NCBI GenBank assembly: GCA_040437565.1
Contig: JBDOQK010000017.1
Location: 372,001-436,000, forward strand
Length of the DNA: 64,000 bases
Source: Albugo candida
Lineage: Eukaryota
Direction of reading: 5' to 3'
The stretch's first letter is position 1. Each line of letters opens with the position of its first letter. Under the pieces are notes generated by a model. It worked only from the letters and a program-made list of their open reading frames with translations. It made no database searches and had not been told where the DNA came from. The position numbers and the translations under genes are program-made. Below, piece after piece: positions 13,536 to 27,117 of this stretch.

Positions 13536-15597
13536 ATGCAAAAATAACAAATTTACAAATGTTTTCTTCTTGCTTTGATGTCAACGAATAGTGCCGAGTG
13601 AAATCAGCATTATAACCAAAAACATCTAGAATTCTTGATTTGTCGTCTATCATTCATAATAATGTCGTATCGAGCCAAGAATGCATCGTGATGGCGGTGG
13701 GCATCACGCAGATTCGATTACTGAAGAGTGATTCAAACAACAGAATATAATGGATCAAGGGGAACGCTGAAATCTCCAGAGCGTTTGTCATCAATTGTAA
13801 CATCCGGAAGATGTGTACTCTTTCAAATTCAATCGTCTAAATCATCTATACCGAACTATTTCTCTATTAATGATCGTCGAGAAAGCACCACCGTAAGACA
13901 TCCGAAGACAAAGAATTAGTATCATTGGTCAAAAGTTTTGATTTCTGAAAAGTATAAAGTCAAAGAGTCGAACTTGAAATTAACGCAGAATATTCACATC
14001 GAGAACATAACGCCTGTCTTTGTGGACAATCAAGGATGAAACAGGCATTGGTCTTCAACGATATATAGGGTAGAAACCAATTCCAAGGTCAGAGGCTGGC
14101 GAGAGTAACAAACCTCCAAGGAAACAGCTCAAACCTCCTAATGATATATCTATACAATGCATCTTCACCTACAACAGGAAAAAGAAGCTTTATGTCGTGA
14201 GTGCTTGGCGTTACACAGCAAGTCTCTTTCAATCGGGACGTTTCATACTTTTTTCACCGCAAAAAATAAACTCTTCGTCGAGCTTTACGATTTTACTAGC
14301 GCGTACGAATCCGAATATATTATGAAGAAGTGTGGAATCAGGTTCTATCCCACTATCCTTTCGTTGGACCCAGAAGCTTGCCAGGAACTCAAAACTGCCT
14401 TTCCGTCCGATCGACAATTTCTGGACAATAAATGTATCTCTGATTTCTCAAGTCACCAAAATCAAAACGACAACCGTATTCGCATGACTAAAAATGGACT
14501 TGAACCTGATTTGATCAGCCTCATATTAAGTCAGCTTACCGCAAGACGAATGTCGCCACTCCGTCGAGAAACAAGTTTACTAAAGAGATGAACAACAATT
14601 GATGGATTGACTCAGAATGATGACTGAGGAAACGCCGAATTGCCTGATGGTCATAAGTTATTATAACCAATTGCATCTGTGCATCTATTGCGTGCTAGGA
14701 TACAAAAGAGTTGAAGCTCAAGTATCATCGATTTCTCGCTTACTTATGCGACAATTGTCACAGATAGGGAGCCATATCGCGAGTGTTAAAAAGTATGCAG
14801 AAGAATGCTAGAAATATTTTCAAGAGTATACCATCGACATATAATCGCATCATCGCTTGCTGGATTCACCATATTCGGATCCTTTGATGAGTTCTTGTAT
14901 GCTGCTACACCACCCTCGAACAAAAAAAATGTGCTTGGTTTGTGAGTGATATTTCAACGACGAAGAAGAATCGCAGCCGACCACATCATTTTCGTCGTTT
15001 TTCGATGCTTCAGACACCAGCTTTGAAAGCACACGAAAATGTTTTGAAGATGATACGGCTTGTCACACAAGAGATCGATGTATCAGAATCCAGCAAGTGC
15101 CTAACCGGTTTCGCTCTGAGTACCGCGCTTATGCTGGTATGGGCTTCTGGTGCTGACGAAATTTGAAAAGTAAGCTATCTTCGATTAACCACCTCACGAA
15201 AGCTAAAATATCTGTGGGTATATTGGCTCCCAACAGTAAACGTACTGTGGAACATGAAGGAAAAGATGCATCTTTTTCGAGCCGTTTGACTTCTTTCTCC
15301 ACTAAACGGAGACGACCATCTAGCCTTCTTACTGTAAAATCTCTTTCGTCGAAGTTACAGGTGCACCATCCGAACAATCAAAATGTATACACTGTCTTAT
15401 CTAGCACTCGGAAGTATTTTTTGTGTCTACTGCTGATGATGGTTCTTCTGGGTACGTTTAAATGCGCCAAGCACACTCTCACAACATTCAAAAGTGATAA
15501 AAATACGCGTTGCATAAGCCTTACTTACGATGATGAGAAAAGCCAAATAGACCGTACTATCGGTCTCCGTCAATGGACAGCAGAGGATATATATTGA
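13536..15597 (+). pseudogene. CCG/CHxC-type effector copy 2, full length but heavily disrupted
   Basis: SQECIVMAVGITQIRLLKSDSNNRI, ALCRECLALHSKSL, RCISLTYDDEKSQIDRTIGLRQWTAED; numerous stops and frameshifts. Confidence 0.9.
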
Positions 15598-15599
15598 GA

Positions 15600-16570
15600 A
15601 AAAGAATGACAATGAGCTTATATATATAAGCAATACTTCTTTCCAGAATAAAGATACTTCTTTGTAAGACTGCATTTTGTCAAAAAGTTGAGGAGTTTCG
15701 CGCTTGATTCTCATGTCGTGTGGCGAACCTAAGTGCACGAGCAATTTCATTGAACGTTTACTGTTGTAGAATCTGGAATACCCAATTGAACATAAATTGA
15801 CCTGTGATTTTACATCTGATCCATTCAGCATTCCTCCACATCGATTGCCATTTCATTAAATAAAATGAAAGAGAACATGATTTCGTCGGGCGTAAATGTT
15901 CTCCATTTATATACAGCTTCTCGCTTTCAGTGATTTAGCAGCGTTTCGATTTACAGGCTTTAATACACCAAGAATATGTTTTTCTTACAATAACTCCGTA
16001 AAAACAAATAAACCTAGGACATGGATGAATTTTGCGTGAACAAACACATATTTGATGGTCACCCACAGGGTTGGAATACGCATCGGTAGGGTATGGTACA
16101 TAGTATGTTCTTTGAGAAAAAGCGCCGCCACGTATAAATAGGAAGTAAGCTCGCCGGCAATCACATCTTCTTGCTGAAATTAAGTCATGAAATTGATCCC
16201 TTTTGGACGCTTCTCTTAAAACCACACTTCCTGTAGACACATTTCAAGAAGTGACAAGCTCAAATGGAAGTTATAGATAGAAGAAACGATTGGCATCAGA
16301 ATAGTCTACGATGTGAGCACCGTCCGACTTTTCGTAGCCTATGATTTCCGATCTTGGTCACTTCGCCTTTTTTATTATCGGACTTGGCCTGCAAAGTCTG
16401 TGATGAAAATTTTGTAGCACGGGAAAACCTCGCATACTCCTTCAAATTTTGCATTTATCGGCTCACAAGATGTAGTGAATAGGTAGTAAGCATAGGAAGA
16501 TTCGTTCGTTTTTTCTCACTTGTGTATCCTTGATAATATGCGATAACGACTTTGGTTCTAATTCCGCCAT
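15600..16570 (-). pseudogene. Convergent partner relic X, copy B (unknown product)
   Basis: Minus ORF GMLNGSDVKSQVNLCSIGYSRFYNSKR, homologous and in the same frame as ORFs downstream of copies 3, 4 and 5. Confidence 0.6.
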
Positions 16571-17902
16571 CTCATTATCCTTCTTTTGATTGTTGTGTTT
16601 CCCTCAACTAATGACAAGGGAGCATTTGATGATCATTTAGCACTCGTGGCCGTCGACGAGAGATATTTACTCCGTTTGCCACATCAATAGTTGACTTCTC
16701 GTCGAGTTGAGCAAGAATTGTGCATCTCTAAACAAGACCGCAAGATACCCGATCTAGGTTCGGATGTGTTACCACTGTGTTCCGTTTACATTGAAGGCTG
16801 TTGAAAGCATCAAAATGCGACCACAGACATATTTTACATAGTCTGAGAATCAATCAAAATGCGAGAATACAGAAAGAGAGTATACTTTTTCTTCTTCAGC
16901 AGGCTGAAGTGTCGGTATGGGATATATAACATGCTGATGAAGACTGACGCAACATTTTGTAGATATTTTATACAATGGTGTTTGATATAAAAGCAATTTC
17001 AGTCCAATTGAGATTTTGGAATCAATCACAACAGCGACAAACCCTCTGACATCACTTTTGGCTCCTTTTGATTCAGACTTTAACAGCAAAAAGAAATCCG
17101 CAACGACTCGAATGCATCGCCCGTTTGGAATTCAAATCGACTGACACACAAAATTGCGCTATTGAAACGGAAAACGCGCATCCCATCGCCAACGGAATTC
17201 AAACGAACTTTAGCAACGATATTCCTCCTAAAGAAGGTAAACAAACCGCAAGAAAACGAGAACGACAGTTTTCAAACTTCAAACTTGTGAATACGTGTAA
17301 ACGCTACCACCGTTACAATGATACGGACGCATTTGGTGTNNNNNNNNNNNNNNNNNNNNNNNNNNNNNNNNNNNNNNNNNNNNNNNNNNNNNNNNNNNNN
17401 NNNNNNNNNNNNNNNNNNNNNNNNNNNNNNNNNNNNNNNCAACTAATGACAAGGGAGCATTTGATGATCATTTAGCACTCGTGGCCGTCGACGAGAGATA
17501 TTTACTCCGTTTGCCACATCAATAGTTGACTTCTCGTCGAGTTGAGCAAGAATTGTGCATCTCTAAACAAGACCGCAAGATACCCGATCTAGGTTCGGAT
17601 GTGTTACCACTGTGTTCCGTTTACATTGAAGGCTGTTGAAAGCATCAAAATGCGACCACAGACATATTTTACATAGTCTGAGAATCAATCAAAATGCGAG
17701 AATACAGAAAGAGAGTATACTTTTTCTTCTTCAGCAGGCTGAAGTGTCGGTATGGGATATATAACATGCTGATGAAGACTGACGCAACATTTTGTAGATA
17801 TTTTATACAATGGTGTTTGATATAAAAGCAATTTCAGTCCAATTGAGATTTTGGAATCAATCACAACAGCGACAAACCCTCTGACATCACTTTTGGCTCC
17901 TT

Positions 17903-20900
17903 TTGATTCAGACTTTAACAGCAAAAAGAAATCCGCAACGACTCGAATGCATCGCCCGTTTGGAATTCAAATCGACTGACACACAAAATTGCGCTATTGA
18001 AACGGAAAACGCGCATCCCATCGCCAACGGAATTCAAACGAACTTTAGCAACGATATTCCTCCTAAAGAAGGTAAACAAACCGCAAGAAAACGAGAACGA
18101 CAGTTTTCAAACTTCAAACTTGTGAATACGTGTAAACGCTACCACCGTTACAATGATACGGACGCATTTGGTGTGGCGCTTGGAAGCAAAAGGAAGCGCG
18201 ACGATGGAATAAAGATATCAGTTGTTACCGAAACGATCATTTGCGTTTTTACTAGCACTGCTAAGGTGCAATCGAAAACGAGCGTTTTGAACACCGCAAA
18301 AAAGTAAACGAATGGATTGAAAATTAGAAGTCTATTGTATTGAATTGGTCCGATCGTGTGATTTGAACGTCTATGAAGGGAGGAAACGGAAGCTTGAAAT
18401 AGGATGAGGAAATTGGAGCTTGTAATCCCTTCACATCACTTCGAAAGCTTGGAATGGAAGCGTCGTGGATGTACAAAGGAAAGCAATTGCTTCGACGAGC
18501 CGAGATTCAGGCTTTAAAGTTGAAACTCTCCATGGAAACTAAATATGGACGATTATGTATACGGAAAGATCGACCCGTATATGTGGACGTCGGCTTACAA
18601 GAAGAACTCTTTGGTCTTGAATGCGTATGACGCCTTATGGCTCGCACTCGGACTTTGTACCGTTTTGAAACCGATAATACGTCAAACGACAAGGTTTTCA
18701 TTGCTCGGTGGCATCCAACAGCTGAAAAAGAATAGCAATAGTTGAAAACATCCGACACGTCCACCAGCAATACTTCTTTTGATGTTTTGTGCTCGAACAC
18801 CTCATCCACGATAAGAAGATAGCATCCAATCATCAACACGTATGCAAATTGAAGCACCATTCAGCTAGAGCGATGGAAAATCAACTCGCGCTCGATGCGA
18901 CGGTGAAGAATACTTTGAAGAACCATCGAATGTGATGGCACTCACATTTTAAAGCTGGGGCTATTCCTCAACCAAGCACAACGATCCGATTTTGATGCCT
19001 TCGCATCATTCCCATGTCTCTTCCTATCGAATTCCACGCTCAATAAGTAGTAACGAGCTATCATCAACGAGTTCCGTCGGTTGTTTCTCAGCAAAGAAGG
19101 ACGCATTGGTCGTCATTCGGAAACGTTGGGATTTAAACTCAGCTACACGCCGAATCCATATGATAAATTTGCTGCCTAATTCACGATATTGGCGAGGGCT
19201 TTGCGATAGAATGCATCTCGCTAAAGTATGGAAAGCCCTCACTTGCACACATCGATCCAAAAAGAACAAGTTAGCGGATTATATCCGCGTCCCAACTATC
19301 TCCAGGCTCCAATGATCAAGTGAGTGTCAGTCGTGTCCAATAAACCATCGGGTTCCCTGATTCACGGAATGAAAAACGAGCGAAACAAATTTGAACTCAT
19401 CCGCGCAAAAGAACAAATTCGAGAAACCGAACATCTCCTCACAACTCTTTTGGATGGAAATATTCAACAACGAAGGAAATCTGGTGATTCAGGTGCCTAA
19501 CCTTGAGATACAGCAGGTACAAGCGAACATACCGACACAGCGAAGAATATTTAAACGAAAATTGCGCGAAGGGAGAGATCGGTATATACTGAGTGAAATA
19601 TTGCTTGAATGAACTTTATCGGTGAGTTCGAATACTTCATCGTTGTCCTTGATTTCCAGTCGTAGATGACGCTCTGTGCAGATCAGAAGAGCTGAAGAAA
19701 GTAGTTGTGGAGCTGTAACGTTAACATCATATTTGTCGTGTCTCTCCAAGTCTGGACTGGTTGGACGAAGGGAAACAGATGCTGCGCGAGTGTTTTGTGG
19801 ATGGTGGCGTTATCCTCTAATCGATGGAAGGCGGCTGCAGTGAAGATTTAGGCGGAAACTTTGAGGATGCGATTCGACGAGAGTTTGGTGCATCAAAAAT
19901 ACAGTTTGGTAGCAAAAGCGGTATGTAAAAAGCCCTTCCATGGAATGCGGCGCGTTCAATTCACAGGAAATGGCGCAAATCCAAACGCGAAAAATGCTAG
20001 GGATTTGTACGACTTCATTTTATTTCAAGTATGACACTGAAGCGATTTCTTTGAGCTTGTCTCGTATCGGTAATTACATAAATCGCACAGAAAGTATTCT
20101 CTTGAGCATCTACGCATTCGATCCAAATTGCTTGAAATTGCATTTGCACCGGCAAGGGATTGTCAAACAAATCAAAAATCTTTTCTCTGTGTCCGAATTT
20201 CAAAATGTCGGCCGCAATCGCGCTTTCACGCCTTTGATATACTTCGGCAAACTCATTGCGACATAAGTACGATATACTCATCGTAAACGATATGTCTAAT
20301 TGCTTCTCGGATCCTAACCGGTTGATTAACGAAGATGAATGAATTGCCAGATGGCTCAAATCTGAGGGAAACAGAGATTCTAATGCTGCATAATTTGATA
20401 TTGCCTTTTGTAGGCAATACGCACGACACGCTCGGTATCTCGATTTCCGACAGAAATGGGTGCTGATGACGACTCGATACTGTGCAAACATGGATATTTT
20501 TGGTAAGAGCGTGACGCATGTGAAGCGATCAGACCGTTTTGCTCGCATTTCCGTGTAATTATGACGATTTCGAGTGCAACTGCGATGCGACGCGCCACCG
20601 ACAGAATGCAAAAGAATTAATTCTCCGTACGACTTGAACAGGAGTGGAAGGGATGTATGCAGATGATAGTCTTAGGTGGGGAAAAGTAAGATAATACTGA
20701 GGAATGACGAGTCAAAGAAGCGGTTTTCATGCAAACGATTTAGCGCGGATACGCTGCTCGAAAACCGCTGCTTTGTGCGCGACATATGAAAACGCTTGTA
20801 TTTGCTGAGGTGATTGAAATTCGGCGTGCGTTCGGAATTGAAAGTAGGCTCGTGGAATTGTTACTCGCATTTTACACAGTAAACGTTCACGCAATCGTCA

Positions 20901-21050
20901 CAAAAGTGCATGTTATGTGCTTAGAGCCGAAGAATATGTCGAAAACAATTTATTCGTTAATCAAAAGTCTCAATTAAATTTATATAATGATAAAGAAATG
21001 ACTTGCGATAGGATCGAATTCGTGATTGTGCAGTGGAAAATGACGATGGT
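17903..21050 (+). pseudogene. ASPM: ASPM/abnormal spindle pseudogene (decayed duplicate of 38604-44728)
   Basis: Colinear with the intact gene (NCAIETENAHPIA, LNAYDALWLALGLCTVL, YIRVPTISRLQ, SKTIYSLIKSLN), with many stops, frameshifts and deletions. Confidence 0.92.
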
Positions 21051-21191
21051 AGAAAGAATGAATACTGGGCTAAAGTTTTCAATTTCTAGAGTCCTAGCTT
21101 TCTTTATCTAGCGTGGATTTCAGTTAAGCTTAACATATTCTAATTGACCAATGAATCATCGATCTGACTATTTCCCCCCTCAAACAAAACA

Positions 21192-23361
21192 ATGCGGAAA
21201 TCAACGATTTGCGCATGCATTCTTTTCACTTTGATCGCAAGGAATACTACGCAACAAAATAGGCATGCATTGAAAACATCTGGAATACTGCATTTGTCCC
21301 TTTTAAAGTCTAATTATGATATTGGCCGTGCCATGAATGCATCGTGAGAGCAGTGGGCATCACACATATTCGATTACTGAAGAGTGATTCAGAAACCAAA
21401 ATATACTGGATCGAAGGAAGCACTAACATCGCTAGAGCGTTTGTTAATAATTGTAACAGCCGGCTCTTGTGTATGATATCAAGTGAATCATCTGAATCAT
21501 ATCTACCAAACGATTTCTCTATTACTGCTCGTCGAAAAAGCACCGCCGTCACACATCCAAAGACACAGAATTATGTCGAGCAAAGTATTTTCCAGTGGTC
21601 AAAGCTTGTGATTTCCCAAAAGTATAAAAGTCGAACAGCCGATCTTGAAATGTACCGAGAAGAATCACATCAAGAGCATAACGCCTATCTTTGGAAGCAA
21701 TAGAAGTACATCGAGAGCATAACGCCTATCTTTGGAAGCAATCAAGGATACTAAAAGCATTGTTCTACAATGACATAGGGATGGAACTAACTGTAAGGTC
21801 TGTTGGTGACAACAGTAACAAAGCTCAAGGAGAACAGGTCGAACCTCCTAGAGATCTATCCATTCGATGTATGTTCACCTACAACAGGAATAAAGACGCG
21901 GTATGTCGTGAGTGCTTGGCGTTACATAGCAAGTCTCTTGCCATTGGGACGTTTCATATATATCTCGTCGCAAGAAAAAAACCTATTGCCGAGCTTCACG
22001 TTTTTTCGAGTACGTACCCATCCAGATATATTATGCGGATGTGTCAAATCAGGTTCTGTCCCGCTATCGAATTTTTGGATTCAGCTGATTGTCAGAAACT
22101 TCACACTTTCTTTCCATCCGTTCGACTTTTTATGAAGAGCCAAGTTGATCCTGATTACTCAAGTCAAAATCCAAACGACAACTATATTCGCATCACTACA
22201 AATGGTCTTGACCCGGATGCGATCAGTCGCATATCAAATCAAGTTGCTTCAAGACGAATGTCGCGATTCCGTCAAAAAAACGAATTTACTAAAATAAATA
22301 AACAACGATTGATGGATGCACTCAGAATCCTGACGGGCAAAGAACCAAAATGCGTGATGGTCACGAGTTTGTATAACCGATTGCATCTGTGCATCTCTTG
22401 GGCGCTAGAATACAAAAGAGATGTCGCTCGAGTAATTATCGATTTCTCGCTTACTTCTGCGACAATTGTCACAGATGGAACACCATCTCTTGATTGTCTT
22501 GGTTATTGCAACCATATAGACGTGCTCAAAGAAGAACCGTGCTCGAATTATCTCCAAGAGCATGCCATGGATATAGAATCGCATCATTGCTTGCTGGAAT
22601 CACCATATTCCGATCCTTTGATGAGTTCTTGTATGCTTTTATACCACACTGCATCAAATAAACATGAATGTGCTTGGTGTGTGAGAAAAATTTTCAAGGT
22701 CGGAGAAGAACCGCATTCGACCACAGCATTTTCGTCGTTACTTGATGCTTCAGACACCAGCCTTGAAATCACAAGCAAATTTTTTGGAGTTAAAAGGGCC
22801 TGTCACACGAAAAATCATTGTAGCAGAATCCAGCAAGTGCCTAATCGGTTCTGCTCTGAGCACCGTGCTTATGTTGGTATGACTTCTGATGCTCAAGAAA
22901 CTCGAAAGAGTACGATTTCTTCGATTCACCAACTCACGAAAGCTAAAATGTCTGTGGGTGTATGGCCTCCTAGCAGTAAAAATGCTGTGGAAAATGAAGG
23001 AAAAGGCGGTTCTTCTTTGAGTCGTTTAACTCCTTTAGTCACTCAAACGGAGACGAGCATCTGGCCTTCTTACTGCAAAATCGCTTTGGTCGAATTTACA
23101 AGTGCACCGTCCGAACAATTGCAATGTGTAGGCTGCCTTATCCACCACTCGGAAGTATTTTTTGTTCATACTACTGATGATGGTTATTCTGGGTACGTTT
23201 GGATGCTTCAAGCACCCTCTCAAGTATTTCAACATTGCCTAAAAACGCGCTGCACAAGCCTTTCTTACGATGATGAGAGAAGCCAAATAGACCGTCCTAT
23301 CGGTCTCCGTCAATGGACAATAGAGGATCTATTTAGAAAAGAAAAACAAAAAAAACAATGA
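21192..23361 (+). pseudogene. CCG/CHxC-type effector copy 3: two N-terminal frameshifts, 556-codon open C-terminal frame
   Basis: MRKSTICACILFTLIARN leader at 21192; frame change just before CHECIVRAVG (CxxCxxxxxG); 41-bp tandem duplication at 21661-21742; ORF 21691-23361 is open. Confidence 0.9.
21661..21742 (+). repeat. 41-bp imperfect tandem duplication inside CCG copy 3
   Basis: agaatcacatcaagagcataacgcctatctttggaagcaat followed by agaagtacatcgagagcataacgcctatctttggaagcaat. Confidence 0.95.
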
Positions 23362-23364
23362 GCT

Positions 23365-24295
23365 TTAACATTTCAGCAATACTTCTTAAAGAATAAATAT
23401 ATGCATTTGTAAGACTCCATTTTGTCAAAAAGGGGAGGGATTTCGGGCCTCATTCTCATGTCATGTGTCGGACCTAAGTATGCGAGCAATTTCATTGAAC
23501 GTTTACTGTTGTAGAATCTGGAATACCCAATTGAACGTAAATTGGCCTTGAATTTTATATCTGAACCATTCAGCATTCCTCCACATCGATTGCCATTTCA
23601 TTTGATGAATTGAAAACGAACATGATTTCGTCGGGCATCAATGTTCTCCATTTATATACAGCTCCACGCTTTCAGTGATTTAGCTTCGTTTCGCTTTACA
23701 GACTTAAATACACCAAAAATATGTTTTTCTTACAATAACTCCGTATAAACAAAGAAAATTAGGACATGGATGAATTGTGTGCGTTAACAAACATGAAAAA
23801 TGCATACTTGATGGGCACCTACAGGGCTGGAATGCATATCCGTAGGGTATGGTCTATATCCCAATAAAAAAGAAAAAATTTATGGTTCTCCTTCATAGCT
23901 TGCAGAAGTGGTACCTCAGTCTGAAATCACGATCACTGTAAGAGTTGTCAATAAATCCGTGTCTTGTGTTCTCGGATAAAAAGTGCGTTCAAGTATACAA
24001 AGGAAGTAAGCTCGCCAGTGACGCATCTTCTTGTAAATGGTAGTGGAATACATTCTAAATGATGTAATTGATCGCCTCTTGAACTTTTCTCTTGAAACCA
24101 CACTTCCTGTAGACACATTCCAAGAAGTGACAAGCTCATAAAAAAAATTAGAGAGTAGAAACGATTGGCAACAGAATAGTCTCCGATGTGAGCAGCGTCT
24201 GACTTTTCGTAGCCTATGATTACCGATTTAGGTCACGTCGCCTTCCTTATTATCATACTTGTCTTCCAATGTATGTAATGAAAACTGTTGAAGAA
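23365..24295 (-). pseudogene. Convergent partner relic X, copy C
   Basis: GMLNGSDIKFKANLRSIGYSRFYNSKR and SLSLLGMCLQEVWF; colinear with 15600-16415. Confidence 0.6.
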
Positions 24296-24303
24296 GGGTG
24301 TAT

Positions 24304-24541
24304 TGTTGTCAAGTTACCCTATCGCCCGACGCATGTTGGTAACGGCACAGGATTACCGACGCGCCGGCCAGGCGATTTCTAATGTGCGCCTATACGATTA
24401 GTAATGCGCGTTATGGAAAACTGTCAAGGTATAGTCGAAGAAAGCAGTAGGCTTAGAGTAGCAAGAGAGTTTGCGAACTAAGGACTTCAATATATACGTA
24501 GTGTTCATTTCACTTCCGCCAGCACTACGCATTTGCTAACA
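24304..24541 (+). mobile_element. Candidate isolated LTR (TG...CA)
   Basis: Begins tgttgtcaa and ends ttgctaaca (imperfect inverted termini), about 238 bp, placed where homology to relic X stops. No target-site duplication seen. Confidence 0.4.
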
Positions 24542-25804
24542 GTTCATTCCGATCAAACTGTACAAATTCTTGATTTGCATCGAGTCACGAACAGATAGTG
24601 CCCCATAATTGCCGTTCATTATAAAAAGAGATCAAGGAATGATCTCCAGTCAACACACCCGCCGAGCTAGACGTCTAGTAGATGATACTGGTTCAATGTC
24701 TCAGTGTTCAGTAGTACGCAAGGAATGACTTGAGTCGACTCTCTGAATCAATTTTTGATATTCGTGCTGCAGATCGATACAGTGGACACTCAAAATTCTC
24801 ATTTTCCATTTCGTACCATGTAGAATCGCTTTTTCATCCAAGCGGCATTGTCTTCAAATAATGGTTCGGTTGCACCAATGAAGGTAGTACCTTCGAGTTG
24901 TATATATTGTAGGTTTCGCGCGCATTGGCAACACATTTCAACTGACATTTGAAATGGAAGTGCGGGGAGCAAACCCCGTGAAAGTCTTTGAGTTGTTTCA
25001 TCAATTCCCTTCAGCAGTGAGGCAACAAAAAGTCGTTGACGATAAAAAAGCAACGGACCGGATCAGACAGAGGAACTGGTTATGGTGTGACGTTGGCTTC
25101 TGTGTCACTGGGGTACAATCTTCGCTATTCCCATCGTTCTGCAAGAAGCGTGCCAATAAGAAGAAATGGAGTGGTATGGTTGATAATTGTCAATTGACGC
25201 CAAATCGTAAGTGCATTCGATACTGTGCATGTCGAAGCGCTCACATGGTCTACCTTCCCACTCAAGTTATGCCTCCGTGCGCATAACGATTACACTTTCG
25301 TCAAAATCTTGTCACAGGCTCAAAGATATTACGTATCTATTTGGTTTGCGAGTGAATACATGACGTGTATATCATATCGTAACATCAAAATTTTGCACAA
25401 CCACCTCTCCGGAAGCTATGCGTCTTCAAGCTTTGGTTGAAAGCGAGTGTGTCAAAAGAGCCAGCAAACAAAATCGTACAGTACACACCATTTCTAACTT
25501 GTAACTTTTTTTAGGCCTTAGCAAACTCACTACTGTCACGCATAAATCATCGCATAACAAAAACAGAGATTTTATATGATAGATACAGTCTAACGCTTCA
25601 AAACAAAAGGCTTGGATTTTGAATTGGATGATTTTTGGATAATTTATAAGGCTCTGAAAGTTGCCTTGTTTTTTCCCCTTTTATTCTCTAGATTTAATTA
25701 GTATTTCCTATCAAAGCGTAAAATTTGGCCGCCATCAGTGGGCAAATTAGGGTTGAGGGTTGAGGGTTTGAGTACAAGTGTAGTATATTATCTTTATATT
25801 ATAC

Positions 25805-27017
25805 TTACAGCTTCATACAGTAGCTACTAAAGCATTGCTGTCTGTGTGAACTGAGTCTGGAAGTCTTCGATGTCATCGGTACTTTTTCAAAACATATTCC
25901 GCGGCTTTCCCGGTTAGATCTTTCCGATACACATCCATATAAAGGAAGCGCTTTCCAGCATGGTGACGGATTGTTGCGAGCGAAACTGAGGCAAGTGCTT
26001 TCGGAACTGTCGCGAACAATCCTTTCTATTTCCTTGCGTATCGTTGTGCTTCTCCCCAAATCGTTTTCTATTAAATTATATTCGCAATGAAATTTGGGAT
26101 AAAATATGATGAGATGGCCCGCCGCGGTGATTGTCTCTTCCAACAAACCTTTTTGAGCTTTAAAGTCTGGCTGGTTCTGAATAACACTGCGGCCGCAGCA
26201 GCTACCTGTGTCACCACATTTACCCCGGCAATGCAGGCGAAGGTTTGTCGTCCAGAGCTTGCGTTCCTGCAGGATGATCTTTATACCCTTTGGTTGTCCG
26301 GCCAGAGGATGAACTGCGGGGAAAACCATAGTTTGCGATGTCCCATCTTCAAACATTCCATTCCGCATCACCGGTTGCTTTCCTCCCAGTCCAAGATTCA
26401 TCCGTTGAGATACGAGAGCATCTTCTGCAAATGCTGCGTGGCTAGTCGCATTGTCGAAAGCGAAGAGAGCTTTTGCATTGGGAAACTGCGCATCGGAAAT
26501 GGTAATTGCAGCTTCCCGGACTTGCTTAAGAAGGTCTTCCGCAGTCCACCAACCATCATACTTCTTGCCGGGATATGTGATTATTATGCAGGCCTCTTCT
26601 GGAAGATTGCTGTGTTGAAGCTTCTTTTCTTTGCTCAAAGCTAGTCGTTGAATAAGACAGAAAATGTTAACTCTTGATCAAAGTAATGAGCAACAAGCTC
26701 TAAAATACTAGACTTACCAACATCAGTCATGAATTCGCTGACATGTATCGATCTTCCAGCCTCCTTCTTCTGCAGTTGACGTTCGCCATCAGGAAGCCAC
26801 ACCTTCTTCTGGCCATCATGGGCAGCAAATGTGCTTTCATGATGCGTCACTAGGATGAGGGCATCTCTGGCAGGCCAATCTCCTATTCCATTTCCGTCCC
26901 AACAAATTCCGTCATAAATGGCTCATAGATTCTCATTCGTTAAACTGAGTACGATATGTCACGACATCTGCTTGTTCATGGCCATCAACGTACATGCCTT
27001 TCTTCACCTCTGAATAG
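25805..27017 (-). mobile_element. Second degenerate Tc1/mariner-IS630-type DDE transposase; 5' part lost in the gap
   Basis: HHESTFAAHDGQKKVW, GRSIHVSEF, YDGWWT, FAFDNATSHA, IFYPKFHCEYNLIE; related to but distinct from the 1-2050 element. Confidence 0.88.
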
Positions 27018-27117
27018 NNNNNNNNNNNNNNNNNNNNNNNNNNNNNNNNNNNNNNNNNNNNNNNNNNNNNNNNNNNNNNNNNNNNNNNNNNNNNNNNNNN
27101 NNNNNNNNNNNNNNNNN

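Noticed and set aside
21192-21790. Programmed frameshifting or introns restoring CCG copy 3
   Set aside because: The two shifts do not compensate, and I found no convincing GT-AG pair or slippery site at the lesions.
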